The notes: a model not told the origin generated them from the sequence alone. Shown: positions 13,207-25,947, counted from the whole stretch's first letter. The stretch is DNA of 63,384 nt, filler included, from Reticulomyxa filosa (GCA_000512085.1; 15 parts of 15 records of this genome joined end to end with filler, not necessarily neighbours in it), one strand, 5' to 3'. Numbers and translations: made by a program.

Positions 13207-13521
13207 TGTTGGCATACTGGGAGCATCAATCAGATTGATAAGATAAGAAACACGCTGTTGTTGTTCTTTTTCCTCTTGCTCGTGATACAGGGACATATAC
13301 GCTGATTTGATGGGAGTGTATTCACGATCTGCATCTACACGCTCCATGTCGTCGGATTTTTTCTTGATAACAATTCCTGCACTATTTATCAGTAAATCCA
13401 TCACTGTTGATTTCCCATGTCCAGTGTGTGAGAGAACGCAGACATTGCGAATGTTTCTTGGCTGGTCCATCAAACTTCGGAGTTGTTTCACCGAAAAATA
13501 TACCTTGGAGATCACAGTCAT
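13207..13521 (-). CDS. Divergent elongation factor 2-like translational GTPase, N-terminal fragment
   Basis: FSVKQLRSLMDQPRNIRNVCVLSHTGHGKSTVMDLLINSAGIV...IKSAYMSLYHE...YLINLIDAPS aligns with eEF2 [36 protein letters not shown]...IKSTAISLFYE...FLINLIDSPG. Cut by a spacer. Confidence 0.85.
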
Positions 13522-13729
13522 TCATCTTGGATTTATGACACTGGCAAAGAAAAACAAAAGCATTACCATATTCCTCTTTTTTTGATTATTGAGTGCAATA
13601 ACTTAAAAATTCAAGATTTTTTGCTTGCGCCCCTTTTTTTAACTTCAAAAAAATTGAAAGTTCACCCAAAGGAATAATTAAAGAACCGAGTTATTTTAAA
13701 CTATTTTCAGTTCAACCATTCAAAAAAAT

Positions 13730-14060
13730 TGATGTTGGAACATCTAAATCATTACATGTTTTCAAAAAATATGAAAAAGGTGTTTGTTGTGTCGATATTT
13801 CACCATTACAAAGCAATAACAACCCGTAATAAAGGAATAAATCTGTGTGATTGATGGTAATTGATATACGACTTATCTTGGATCAGGTGATAAAACCATT
13901 CGAATATGTGATATTGAAACGGCCAAACAATTGAGTGTATTCAACGACATAAAAATGGATTATTAGTGTAAAATATGTATCAAATGAAATAGTAAATATT
14001 GTTAATTCAAATACAGATAGAAACAAAAGTCATTACACATTAAAATGGCACCTTATGAAG
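13730..14060 (+). pseudogene. Degenerate WD40 gene relic, paralogue of the 18831-20027 gene
   Basis: Fragments DVGTSKSLHVF, ISPLQSNNN and GSGDKTIRICDIETAKQLSVFN, broken by frameshifts and stops. Confidence 0.8.
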
Positions 14061-14380
14061 ATGACTGATTTTTAATTCAAAAATCAACATTTTTTCAAAA
14101 AAAATATCTACGACGAATCTTCAAGTTTTCAAAATGCATTTCATTTTTTCTATAATTTTTTGTCAATTACAAACATTTAAATTATTTTCTAAAACGTTGG
14201 TATTTTGCTTATTTATTTTTTTGAATTTTTTTTTTTCTTTGCAAATTCAGTTTTTTTTTTTTGCGTTTTTTTGAATTTTTGTTGACAAGCAAGTGGATGA
14301 CTGTGCCTAGTCCAGGGAACATACAGTTCCAAAAGTATCCCACAGAAAACTCTTTTCAATCTCTTCAATAGGAACATATA

Positions 14381-15783
14381 ATGTCCCGAGTTCTTCCTCA
14401 ATGGGTTGTTGATGCCGGCAATTCTCAAAAAAATACAGTCTGTTCTTAATCTTTGTATATTATTGTTCTAGCCCGTGTGCCGGAACACAAACCAAATTAA
14501 TTTGTGCTGAACGGTGGAATGAAAAGGTTCAAAGAAATCAAGAAGCTGCTACGGCAGGACGAAAAATTAAGCAGAGGCAAAAGCAGCAAAAAGTTATAAG
14601 AAGAGGGACACAAGACGATCCCAGTTCATAGCAAAAAAAAAAAAATCGATTTCTGTTTGAATTGTGTATTGTCTGATATTTTGAGTCGTTTGATAGACCG
14701 AAGTGGCAGATGAGTCCAAAGATTCAAACTCAAAGCCATCAAAAGACAACTCTGCGAATGCAGGGTTAGGGGAGCTGTCTTCTCCAGAGGCCTCTCCAAA
14801 GCATCATGCAGTAGGAGGTCCAGCCGTCAAGAATGAGCCAATCGACAATGAGGCACGTACTCAAGTGAAGACGAACAATAAGACCACCAATGCGACGACA
14901 ACAACAATAACTACTACTACCACTACTAGTGCCAATTCCAATACGAATACAAATACGAATGCTATGACAACGACAACGACAACGGCGCCTGCAAATAACA
15001 ACAAACCCAAAAAAAAAGACAAGCCAAAAAGAAAGACGCAAATGGCAACAAACCAAAGCCCAAAAAAAAAGAAAAAACAAGAATTTGTTAATTGATAGTG
15101 AAAATGATGTTGAAGATTTCAGTAAAGACTCGGGTATTTGCTTTTTTTTTTTTGGATTTTAATTGCATTTGAAATTGCGACAACGACAATAAAAAAGATG
15201 GCGGTCCTGATTATGTCTATTCGACCGATGAGGACTACAATGTCGAAGACGAAGTGGGAAGTTTGAAAGACTTTGTTGTCGACAGTTTGTTTTTTGTGTG
15301 TGTGTGTGTGTGTGGGTGTGTGTCTGTCTCTCCATTCTTTCCAAGGAAACTTGCAATTGATTCGACTCACAGATGTGTGTTTTGTACTTCTCCTATCACA
15401 CCAATGAAGGCAAAAACTACGACAGTGAGAAAGACCGACGCGAATATTATTCGGACGATTTGCTTGAGGAAGAGGAATTACTTGAAGAGCAAGAGATGAA
15501 GGAATTGTTGGCTGAACACCGTTTAGTTTCATTTCTTTTTTTAATCTTGTTCCAGTCAACAACAACAACAACAATAGCAACAATAATAAATAAAGAACAC
15601 AACGCCTATGGAAAAAGAAGGCTTACACGTGAAAATACTCTACTGCCTCCAGAGAAGAAAATTAAAAGAGATGGGATAAAGACAGTGTTGCCAGATCGTC
15701 CTTTGTGCCAATTTGGCGCGGGCTGCTATCGCAAAAATGCAAACCATTTTGAAGAGTTTTTTCATCCTTGGATTCAAAAGTAA
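14381..15783 (+). CDS. APLF/CYREN-like protein: N-terminal Ku-binding motif, acidic region, C-terminal PBZ zinc finger
   Basis: Exon 1 (14381-14437) is MSRVLPQWVVDAGNSQKNT (R-x-L-P-x-W). Phase-0 GT-AG splices lead to VQRNQEAATAGRKIKQRQKQQK and TEVADESK. An acidic tract follows (YSTDEDYNVEDEVGSLKDFVVD, DDLLEEEELLEEQE). The C-terminus RPLCQFGAGCYRKNANHFEEFFHP is a PBZ (C-x5-C-x6-H-x5-H). A frameshift near the A-runs at about 15010-15080 is needed to join the halves. Confidence 0.75.
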
Positions 15784-16468
15784 ATCTTTTCTTGCTTCAC
15801 ATATTCCAAATCTTCGACACTCATTCAACTCTTGGGATGTGTGCTTCTCTTTTTGCTCTCAATCAATCCCCGAGAACGATGTAATGGACATTCGTCACGT
15901 TGTTATTGCCAATCAATGTCGTTGATCAAATTGTCTCATTCGTGTTTGTTACTTTTTGCACTTTTGTTGTGCCGGCGTAATGTTTAGTGTATTTCAATAC
16001 ATTCTGCTGCTCTTGCACTAATATTACACAAAAAGAATTTTATCCAAGTCAACAAATAAAGAAATTTTTTTAAAAACTCTTTTTATTAAGTGCTGTTTTG
16101 CTCGAATTGAGTCTATTGATCCAGGCCCACAAAATTGAATAATAGAGAAAATTGAACCCATAAAAAATGTTTAAAAAAAAAGGGCTGAAACAAATAAATC
16201 CATTGATTACATGAAAATCTTGTGTTGAACTTGTTGTTGAAAAAAACAAATTACGGGGAAAAACAGAAGTATACTAATAATAATGGCAGAGACAACAGTA
16301 AAAAAAAACCAAACAAAAAAAAGTGGGCATGAAACAAGACGAGCCCCCTCTTGAGTCTCGCATACCAAAATATGACATCCAAAAAAAAAAAAAAATTATT
16401 GAAGTTCGAGCCTAGAGTTAGTTTGCTCTGAAATAAAGTGATAGCCATTGATTAGTAATGTAAAGGAT

Positions 16469-17130
16469 TTACTTTTGTTGTGATTGATTAAATAAGGAAA
16501 AAAGGTCTTGTGCACGTTTATCTTCTTTGTTAAGTTTCAGGTACTCTTGAACCACTTCACGGAAAATGCCATCTACGATCAAATCAGGCTTTGGAAATTT
16601 TTCGGGATCAACAACTAAAGTGCCATCTACAAAGCCGTTAAAACTCATCAGAATGACTTGAGGAATGGTGTTGAAATAGCTGGCTTCCAGTCGTTCCACA
16701 GGGGCCCCGCCGAAATACACGGGCTCATTGAAGCCAGGGACGTTGCTGAACACGCAAGAATGCCGAACAAAAGAGTCAGTGACTGTCTTTTCAATCAGCG
16801 TGTCGAAAAAGCCCAGCCGAACAGCGAGTTGAGTAGGAAGCGAAAGCAGCAGAGGTTGCATCGATTGCTTGAGAGCATTGGCCTGTTTATTTGACGTTTT
16901 CAAGCGATCTTCAAACGATTGAATCCCAACCGGAATCGGCCTTTTTTTTTTTTTTTATTATACGTAATGATGTTATATCCGATAAAAACAAGGATAAAGG
17001 AGAGGGAGAAGGGGAGAGAAAGAAAAAAAAAAATGTATCTAACCAACTGACAAATGAAAAGTCATTTCGCAACCAATCTTTTTGATGAGCAAACTCACGT
17101 TTATCAGGAAATCCCACAGGAACAAGAGCA
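16469..17130 (-). CDS. Wax ester synthase/diacylglycerol acyltransferase (WS/DGAT) C-terminal domain, 3' exons
   Basis: LRNDFSFVSW|PIPVG (intron 17043-16941), then SCVFSNVPGFNEPVYFGGAPV...VILMSFNGFVDGTLVVDPEKFPKPDLI, which is the WS_DGAT_C pattern (SNVPGP...SY.G). Confidence 0.8.
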
Positions 17131-17296
17131 CGACTCTAAAAAAAATATATACATTATACATACATATATAAATATATGTTATATATATATATATATNNNN
17201 NNNNNNNNNNNNNNNNNNNNNNNNNNNNNNNNNNNNNNNNTTAATTAATTAANNNNNNNNNNNNNNNNNNNNNNNNNNNNNNNNNNNNNNNNNNNN

Positions 17297-17348
17297 GTAA
17301 GTTCATTACATGAAACTGGAGTTGCTTTGTCATTTAAGTTTTACATTG
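17297..17348 (+). repeat. Dispersed repeat shared with 53224-53273
   Basis: aagttcattacatgaaactggagttg(c/g)tttgt is present near the start of both contigs. Confidence 0.75.
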
Positions 17349-18229
17349 TGGTTCAATGGACTCATTTTGTTTCGAATTCCAATGCTAATAGACTATTCAT
17401 ATTATAAAAATAAAAAGTATTTTCTAGTGCTAATTTTTCATGGAGAATCCGAATAATAAAAGAAAAAATTCATTTTGGAATCTCTATCATCAATAAAAAC
17501 GTGTTTCTTCATTAACCTTACTTTTTACATTTGGATACTTACATTGAATATCACACAAACATTTTTTCCCAAATTTCATTTGCCTTTATGTTGCTGTATT
17601 TATATTTTTTAAAATTTATCAATCAATAAAATTTTGAATCAGTTCTGTGACGTTTGTTCTTACTAATTACTTTTTTTGTTTTATTCATTCAATCGACAAT
17701 ACCTTTTCACTAGACTAGTGTAATCATTCGCTTGTCCGTGAAAATTCTGTCAGACTCCACTTTTGTTCTCATCCTAGCCATGAACAAAGCAAAGATGAAT
17801 GTGGCAAGGTCAGTAGATCTTATTGTACAGAAAGACTATAGCATGATCGTGTGAAAAAAGAAGATATGACTTCAACAAAACTAATATTATAGACGGTCAT
17901 GTCTTCTCATGCTCTCATCCTTGACAAAAGTGGGCTTCTGGTCTTTGGCGTTTTGTTTGAAAGGATTTCATTTCCTTCCTTGTCTTATACCAAAGATAAT
18001 TATGCTTTAAATAAAATGGCAAAAAGCAAGCACATTATTGATTCGATAACAAATAAGTAATATCACCAATCCTAACATAGAAAGATCTCTTTAAAAAGAA
18101 CATTTGCGAAAGCTTTGCGAAATAAAATTCATTCAATCCAAAAATAACTGAATTAATGAAAGAAAACAATGAACCAAATTTTGTTAAAAAATATAACTTT
18201 ACAATGTAACATATATGTTTAAGTTTAAT

Positions 18230-18534
18230 TGTCACCTGCGCATCACCAGTGTTATCACCTCCAACATCGTCAGTTGGTTGATTGCTTAAAATGTCAAGAT
18301 AGTCTTTCTCTAAGAAGCCTAAATCTTCACTAGCTTCGGCAAATTCTTCTTCCATGCCTTCTCCTACGTATCAGTGGACAAATGCTCTTTGCGAATACAT
18401 TATATCATATTTTTGTGCAATGCGTTTGCTAAAAACTCTTGAAATGCCTGTGTCGTTTGCAATCATAATTACATTTTTACTAAAAGTTCTAATATCATTT
18501 GATTCCAAAGTTACAGCTAGCACTTCATTCAAGC
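18230..18534 (-). pseudogene. Divergent alpha-tubulin (retarian alpha2-like) C-terminal fragment, pseudogene
   Basis: [77 protein letters not shown]. TGA at 18371-18373 replaces the invariant Trp of AFVHWYVGEG, and the Gly of MEEGEF is lost. Confidence 0.88.
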
Positions 18535-18830
18535 NNNNNNNNNNNNNNNNNNNNNNNNNNNNNNNNNNNNNNNNNNNNTTAATTAATTAANNNNNNNNNN
18601 NNNNNNNNNNNNNNNNNNNNNNNNNNNNNNNNNNTTGTTTTGATCTTATAGAGATATTTTTTAAATTTTTATTTTTGTTAATTGAAATTATTTTTGGACT
18701 AAGCTATTAATAAACAAAGTTGTTTTCTGGCCAATTTTTTGGATTGATTTAAATTTAAGCAATGCTGTAACGTTAACAGCACTTGAACAAGAGTAATTAA
18801 AAAAAAAAATCATTTATTTTAATATAATAT

Positions 18831-20055
18831 TCAACCCCAAATGTGGAGTAGACCATTGCCTAAGCCACCGCATAAATGAACAGCAACATCATTTGCTGGT
18901 CTTTGTTCATTGTTATTTATTTTCTTTTTCAATGGTACAAATCCAACACTGAACACTCTATCGCCTCCTTTGATCAAGTGTAGCTCTTTCTTATTTGATC
19001 GAATATCCCAAAATCGAATTGTACTATCAATCGATCCAGAGCATATCACATTACCAACAGTTTCATTACCATTCTTTATTACAAATGGTGGATATTCAAC
19101 ATCCCATACCCAATGGGTATGTCCATTGAATACTTGAGTTTGTTCACCAGATCGGATATCCCATAAACGAATAGTATTCTCTTCTGCTCCAGATAATATT
19201 ATATTTCTTAGTTCATTTGGTCCATATTTTACACTTCTCACTACGCCTTGATGTCCTTTAAATGTAATGGATTGTTTTGCTGTTTCAATATCCCATATTC
19301 GAATGGTTTTATCAAATGATCCAGAACAAATGGTATATCCATTGCCACCAATCACACCAATACTATTACTTTTATTATCATCATTATTGTTGTTATTGCT
19401 TTGCAATGGTGAAATATTCATACACCAAACACCACCTTCATGTCCATTGAAAACATGTAATGATTTGTATGTTTCAACATCCCATATACGAATTGTTTTG
19501 TCACCAGATCCAGAAAACAAATATCGACCACCATTAAATGGTGAGAATTCAACTCCACCAACCCAGTCATTGTGTTCATTGAATATTTGTAGTTGCTCAT
19601 TATTTTTAACATTCCAAAAGCGAATAGTATTGTCATGTGATGAAGAACAAATGATATTACGATGGCTATTCTGATAATGGTATGGTGAAAATTTTACACG
19701 ATATACTCGATCTAAATGTCCATTGAATGATTGGATTTGTTTTTTGTTGTCAATGTCCCATACACAAACTGTATTATCCCATGAGCTAGAGCAAATATAT
19801 TGACCACCATCAAATGTTGAATAATCAATACTATACACAATGTTAACATGTCCATAAAATGTATTAAGTAATCTGGACGATGAACGAAACAAATCAAAGT
19901 CGACTGTAGACGATGAGTCGGATTTCGATTGCAATACTTGATTATTGGAATTATCTTCTTTTTTATCTTCATTATCATTACTGTTAATTTGATTCATTTC
20001 ATTTTTTGATTTGATATCTTTTTTCAATTGTTCAATTTGAGTAAGGAGATTGTCC
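18831..20055 (-). CDS. WD40-repeat protein (about 7 repeats); upstream coiled-coil exons extend to about 20230
   Basis: Repeated GH...V..V.FSP...ICSGS.DKTIRIWD units in a 398-aa ORF. Confidence 0.95.
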
Positions 20056-23000
20056 TAAAAGATATAATTTATTTATTTGTTATCAAATAGAAATAGAAAT
20101 AGAAAAAAAAAAACATACCAATTGTTGTTTTAAGATTAGATTATTATTATTTATTTTTGAAATTTCTTCACTTTGTTTTTTTTCATTTAATTCTTTTTCT
20201 GATTTTAATTGTTTAATTTCATCCTATATTTGTTATCAGCACATCTACGATATATATATATATATTTTTTTTTTTTTTTAAAAAAAGTAGAAAATGTTAA
20301 CATTAAGTTTCGTGATATGTTTACTTTGTTCATTCATTTGTTTCTATTAAATTTCAAATAATAAAAAATAGGCTTACAAAAAGTATTTTTNNNNNNNNNN
20401 NNNNNNNNNNNNNNNNNNNNNNNNNNNNNNNNNNTTAATTAATTAANNNNNNNNNNNNNNNNNNNNNNNNNNNNNNNNNNNNNNNNNNNNTTTTAAGATA
20501 TGAATATTGCAAAAAAAAGTGGCAATTATTGTTGAATATAACAATTTTTTTAGCAAGAATTTTTTTTGTAACTTAGTTTTGGGTTTGTACGTTTTATAAT
20601 TTCTCAAAACCATTTTGAGTATATTTACTTATTTTTTCGTGATGATATTATTCTTTTTTCCTTTTTCTTCAAGGAAATGCTTATTGTCTCTCTATGAGAT
20701 TTCTTGTTTCAATATTTCCTAGTGTGTAATATGGCATACTTCTTTCCAGTTCAATCTATTTTTAGAGATTATGCTTTTATGAATAAAAGTAAACATACAT
20801 TGATCCCACAATAACTTTTAGGATGATTATTGTTTTTACTTGTACTGAAAGAATAACATTATTCATCGAGAGATGATTCTCTTTTTTCTTTTGTGTTTTA
20901 TAGTTGCATTCGCCAAGTCGTTAATAAACCGAATAAGTTTAACGATGCTATAATAATTGCAATTAAATCGATAATTGCTTCTTTTCCTTTAGCTTCAACT
21001 TTTCAATAATATTATACTTTAATTTAATTTTAATCTTTATTTATAGAGTGATATTTTAAAGATAACGCTTTCTAAAAGACTTCCTCCAAAGCATATTTAA
21101 AACTATAACTATCATAAGATTGTAAATGTAAATTTGTAACAGTTTTTAATGATTTTATTTAGCTAACATTTATTTGAAACACTTATGAAATAATCATAAA
21201 AAATAAAAATTGATTGAATTAAGTTGGAAACCAGAAAAGTTTAAGATGTTGCTCTAGTTCAAAAAAGAGTTTTTTCAAACAAGTATTACAAGAATTAATT
21301 TTAACAAAAAATTTCATTGCACAAATGGAACAACTTCAAGAATCATTCAACATATTTTCTAGTTTCCAGAATCTGTGAGCTTTATAGCATTAGAAAATAT
21401 TATTCAAAAGAAAATTTTTTTATTTTCCAAATAAAGCTAGCTTTTCACGGTTTTGGAATGAGAAGACATATGAATATTGTAAAAAAAAAGTGGTGTCGGA
21501 CATTGATGAACATAAAGAGTTTTTTTAGATCGAAAAACCTAGCAAGATTTTTTTTAGCTGTTTTCTTTATGTCAAGGAAATGTTTGTACATGTTGTTTCT
21601 ATATGAGACTCTATTATATCACTATTTTCAAATTTGATCCGATTACTATTGAATTATAAGACAACATACAAACAAAACTTACTGTACTTTAATATGCCTT
21701 GAGGTATAACCTTTTCAAAGGTAATTATACCAACACATTAATGAAAATTATTCTAAACGATTCATATACTCTATACATTTGTATATATTACGAATAAAAA
21801 AAATATTTATTGCATTATTGTATTAATATTTTTTTGCTTAGCAAATGATTATCATATGTGTTAACAATTGTTGAATATTTCTGTTCATCATCCAAAAGCT
21901 GAGATGAACAATCAAGTTTTTTTTATTATTATCAAAACAAAAAAATCCTTGGTTTTTTCAAATACACAAAACTCACTCGTTGATTTTTGTCTGTCATATT
22001 TGGTTTCTTTATTGGCATGCACCAATGTAAATACACAATACAAATCGATACTTCAATTGAAAGGGTTTTCGTTAGAACATTTCCGTAAACAAGTCCGTTC
22101 ACTGCAACTTGTCTGTATCTTACCTTCGGGCGACTTTATCAACGGATAAAATGCCAAATTTTGAAAAAGTCGTAAATCTTGATTTATATATTTTCACTAT
22201 AATGTAAGTAAGTATTTGAGATTTTATAATGATATTGCAAATTTCATAATGATCTTTTTTTGTACACGTCATGTGTATGTTTTTTTTGGATGTAATTCAT
22301 TATTTCGAAATAACAAATATTTAAAATGCGACTATTGTAAGAAAGATAAATAATGGAAAAAATCCAATAACAAAATATTAAAATTGGAGTTTTTTTTTCC
22401 CATTATCAACAAAAAAAAATAATATGAAAAACTGTTTCTTTTAAACGATTTTGTAACAGTAACACTCTTTTGCGATTTATCAATGCATTGTAAATCTCTT
22501 GGGGCTGTGTCGTCATTTTTTTTTTTTTGGAAAAAAACTCTTCAATATTGACGACTGCAATAACGTCTATTCTTATCATTTGGGTTTGCAATTGTTTTTA
22601 TTCCTAATTTTTGCATTTCTTAGCCTTTTTTGTTTTCCACAATTACTTGTCCTGCAATGCCGCAATGATCAACAGTATATCCAACAAATACCTATTTTTT
22701 ACTTTCTCTGACAATTGAACAAACTTTTACACGTTGGACTAATCTTATTTGCCAGGAGTGATAACAGATCTGACAATGATTAAAAATTTGTTTGAACAAA
22801 TGTATGTATATGATGCGTATTCTACGTACAATCTGAACCTAGTCATTGGCTTTGTTTGATAAGATATTATGCATTATTGAATGAAACGAATAACGTAAAT
22901 AATTACAATGAGTTGATATTTGTATGGTATGGCCATGGAAAGAGCTTTGCTGACATAATCACATGTATATCTTTTTTTTCATTCAACAAGTTTATTTGCT

Positions 23001-24099
23001 TTTTTTAATCTGATGATTCATTTATTAATGAATATCACATATAATCATGGAAATTTTTCAAATATTAACATAATGTTATTATTTTAAATGTTGCTTTTTT
23101 GTCACTGTTTGGGGCTATCAATTGCCCATTTCTCACTAATGGAATCTTTTTCATTCTTAAATCACACGTCTTGATTTGTAACTTGTCTGGGTGTGCGATC
23201 TTTTACAATTATTTCCCTTTTTTGGCGGTCCAGTTTGAAAATAAGAATTCCATTTCCAAAATGCAAATCACTTATTTCAAACCATTTCAAATCTTCCATG
23301 GAAAGTGATTTGCTTTCTATTGCCTGTCTCAATTCCCTCCATTTTTTTTATACACATGATTGTATAGCTTGCACATACTCATTTCAAAGGTCAGCTTTGT
23401 TTGCTCATTAATTTCTTTTCGATGATGAACCCATAACCCTTTAAGTGTACAACTGTCCTTCATATCTGCCAAATATTTCATTAGTTCTTGCAATTTTTGG
23501 AATGTATTTTGTTCATTGTAATAGTTTTGACGTGCTTCCGGAAATGACTCCAAATTCAATCACTGCAAAACTGACTGAATTCTTGTAATCGTTCAGAAAG
23601 ATCATCCACAGTCATATAATTTGTTGATACCACTGTATATAACTGTTTCAAACGCACAAAATCTTTGAATTTTTTTAACAAATTTAATTCGCATACACAA
23701 AATACAATTGATTCACTTTCAAATTATAAACAATGCTTTAAATGTTATTTTTATTAAGTCTTGCAATCATCTTAATCTTCTTACTTTATTTGATTGATAT
23801 TGAATCAATAATAATTATGGAATACATAAAAAACAATATTCCAAATGATATATTAATAACTTTGAGATCCATTTGAACAACAATATGTACAATCACTTCC
23901 AATATTCTTTCAATAGCTCCCAATCAATGAATATCTTTTCCAAAGATTTCTAACTCCATTTTTTGTTCAAAAATATATTTAGTATTCACCAGGGAGACAC
24001 CAAAATTCTAAATAAGACATCAAATTCACAAGTTATTGATGAGAATTAATGTTTTTTTCAACCATCTTGTTGTTTATTCATCCACATAGACTTTGTGAG

Positions 24100-24260
24100 T
24101 AGTCTTCCTACGATAATTGTATCATATGATCCAGAATAAATATTATATCAAATACGATAGTTGTACCATATGATCTAGAATAAATATTATATCAATTACC
24201 ACAATTATACTAATATTATTATTTTTATTATTGTTAGATCATTGATTTGATATCAGCAAT
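24100..24260 (-). pseudogene. WD40 relic with an internal ~28-nt direct duplication
   Basis: Degenerate GN.YNIYS.SY.TTI corresponds to GGNGYTICSGSFDKTI. atatgatc(c/t)agaataaatattatatcaa occurs twice (about 24125 and 24169). Confidence 0.55.
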
Positions 24261-25079
24261 TAATATACGTTATCACATAATATCTGGTTTCCATAGTCAG
24301 TTTCCAACAATGAACTATTTCATCGACAGAGATAATACATTGATATCTGGAAGCAATGTTTGGACATTAGTCGCGGGAGGACCTAGAAACACACTTACAT
24401 ACTTTGTAGTGTGGCCAAGGTGATAGTCACCAGGTGGGCGTCACCACAAACTTGTGGTGTTTATTAAGTTATAAGTCTTTGTAAACATTTTATATAGTTT
24501 GCCTTTGATTTGCAGAACAACAGTGTCTGTCTTCATTGGAATTGTTTTATTTGGTGAAATGCGTAACAACAGCACCAATGGTCATGTTGTGAACAATCCA
24601 AGACTCGAAATGCGAAGATGTCATTTGTAAATTATATCAGTGTCATTTTGAAAAATGGAGATTCATCAAAACTTTAAATGGAATTAAGTATGTTGAAAAT
24701 GTAAATGCAATATGTAGAAAAAGTGTGGAAGCTGATATTGATAATGAATGACAATGTCTGTAGTAACTTGAATGTCCAAAAAATAGATTGAATTGTTTGG
24801 ATGATAGATACCATGCAAAATATGTTAATTGCATCAAACAGTGAGTATTTGTATTGAATATCAAACGAATAAATGCAACCAAACCATATACAATAGATTT
24901 GACATAACTCAATGTAAATTTGATAACAAAAATGTAGCAACATCATAAGAAGCGCTTCGAATACAATATACAAACTATCGATATAAAATCTTGGATGTTA
25001 ACATTTCATTGGGTGCAAGTCAATATTTTGATTTGACACACTTAAACGTTCATGTCTATACTTGAAGGATATCAATTTT

Positions 25080-25900
25080 GGAAGTAGTGTAAACCAAAAT
25101 CGCACGATAACATCTCCTCTACATCTAGAATTTCACTCGAAAATCTGGAAGAGATAGAGATTAGATATGAGTAATTGAAAATTATTTGACGAAAATGATG
25201 TATGATCACTTCAGTGGTAGCAATTGACAACTTGCTACATAATAGTAATGCTATAGACACAATGATATTTTGCAAAATGGTTTGTTGATTTTACGTGTGC
25301 AAACACATTAAATGAATGGAATGCATAATTATTCGATTCATTTTGGCAGCATCCAAAGACCAATTTAAAATGCCAACAAATTCAATTTTGGGGTGTTCCA
25401 ATAATTAATGCAGTATTTTCAAAGGATTGTGTGATGATTGCTCGGTCAAACCAATTTTATTAAATAAAAATAATATGGTAATGGTTTTGTCATTGGAATA
25501 TCTTTCAGTCTGATCCCATAATTCTTTGTAGCACTTGGTTTGCAATTTCTTGTACCTTGGAATGAAATGTATTGCAATGGTTTCACATTGAAATGAAATT
25601 GATTATCTTTCAGCTTTTGATGAACTGTTTAATATTGCGATAGGACAATGTATCAAGCATAATATGCAAAGATAGCGTTTTGGAAGTGTCAGGCCTACCA
25701 ACTAATATCATTGGTACGAATGCAATCACACAGAGAAACAATATGAATAAATTTTCTTTTAGTCGTTATTTTCTAATATTGTTTCATATTGCTGCATTAA
25801 TCAATAGAAAAATTGAGACATCTGCTCACATCAAATAATGAAACAATGAATTCATTGGCCAAATACTTACGCAAAAAACTTTGTGATGCACCAATATCCT
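25080..25900 (-). pseudogene. RNF213/mysterin-like AAA+ ATPase module, disrupted
   Basis: Collinear motifs SQSFLRKYLANEFIVSLFDVSRCL; KENLFILFLCVIAFVPMILVGRPDTSKTLSL (Walker A); LQYISFQGT; LFNKIGLTEQSSHNPLKILH*LLEHPKIEFVGILNWSLDAAKMNR; DFGL. These parallel RNF213 VSLRDVERC, KENVFMMVVCIELKIPLFLVGKPGSSKSLA, LVSFQCS, LDEVGLAEDSPKMPLKTLHPLLE, VGFVGISNWALDPAKMNR and FFGLRD. In-frame TAA at 25405-25407 plus frameshifts. Confidence 0.8.
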
Positions 25901-25947
25901 ATATAATTTTTAATTCCCACTGTTGTATTTTTTTGTAAATGACAGCA

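Noticed and set aside
18371-18373. TGA at a conserved Trp as evidence for a UGA=Trp genetic code
   Set aside because: Intact genes use TGG for Trp and TGA as terminator (for example 46174-46176 and 29798-29800). The fragment carries other lesions, so a pseudogene is the simpler explanation.
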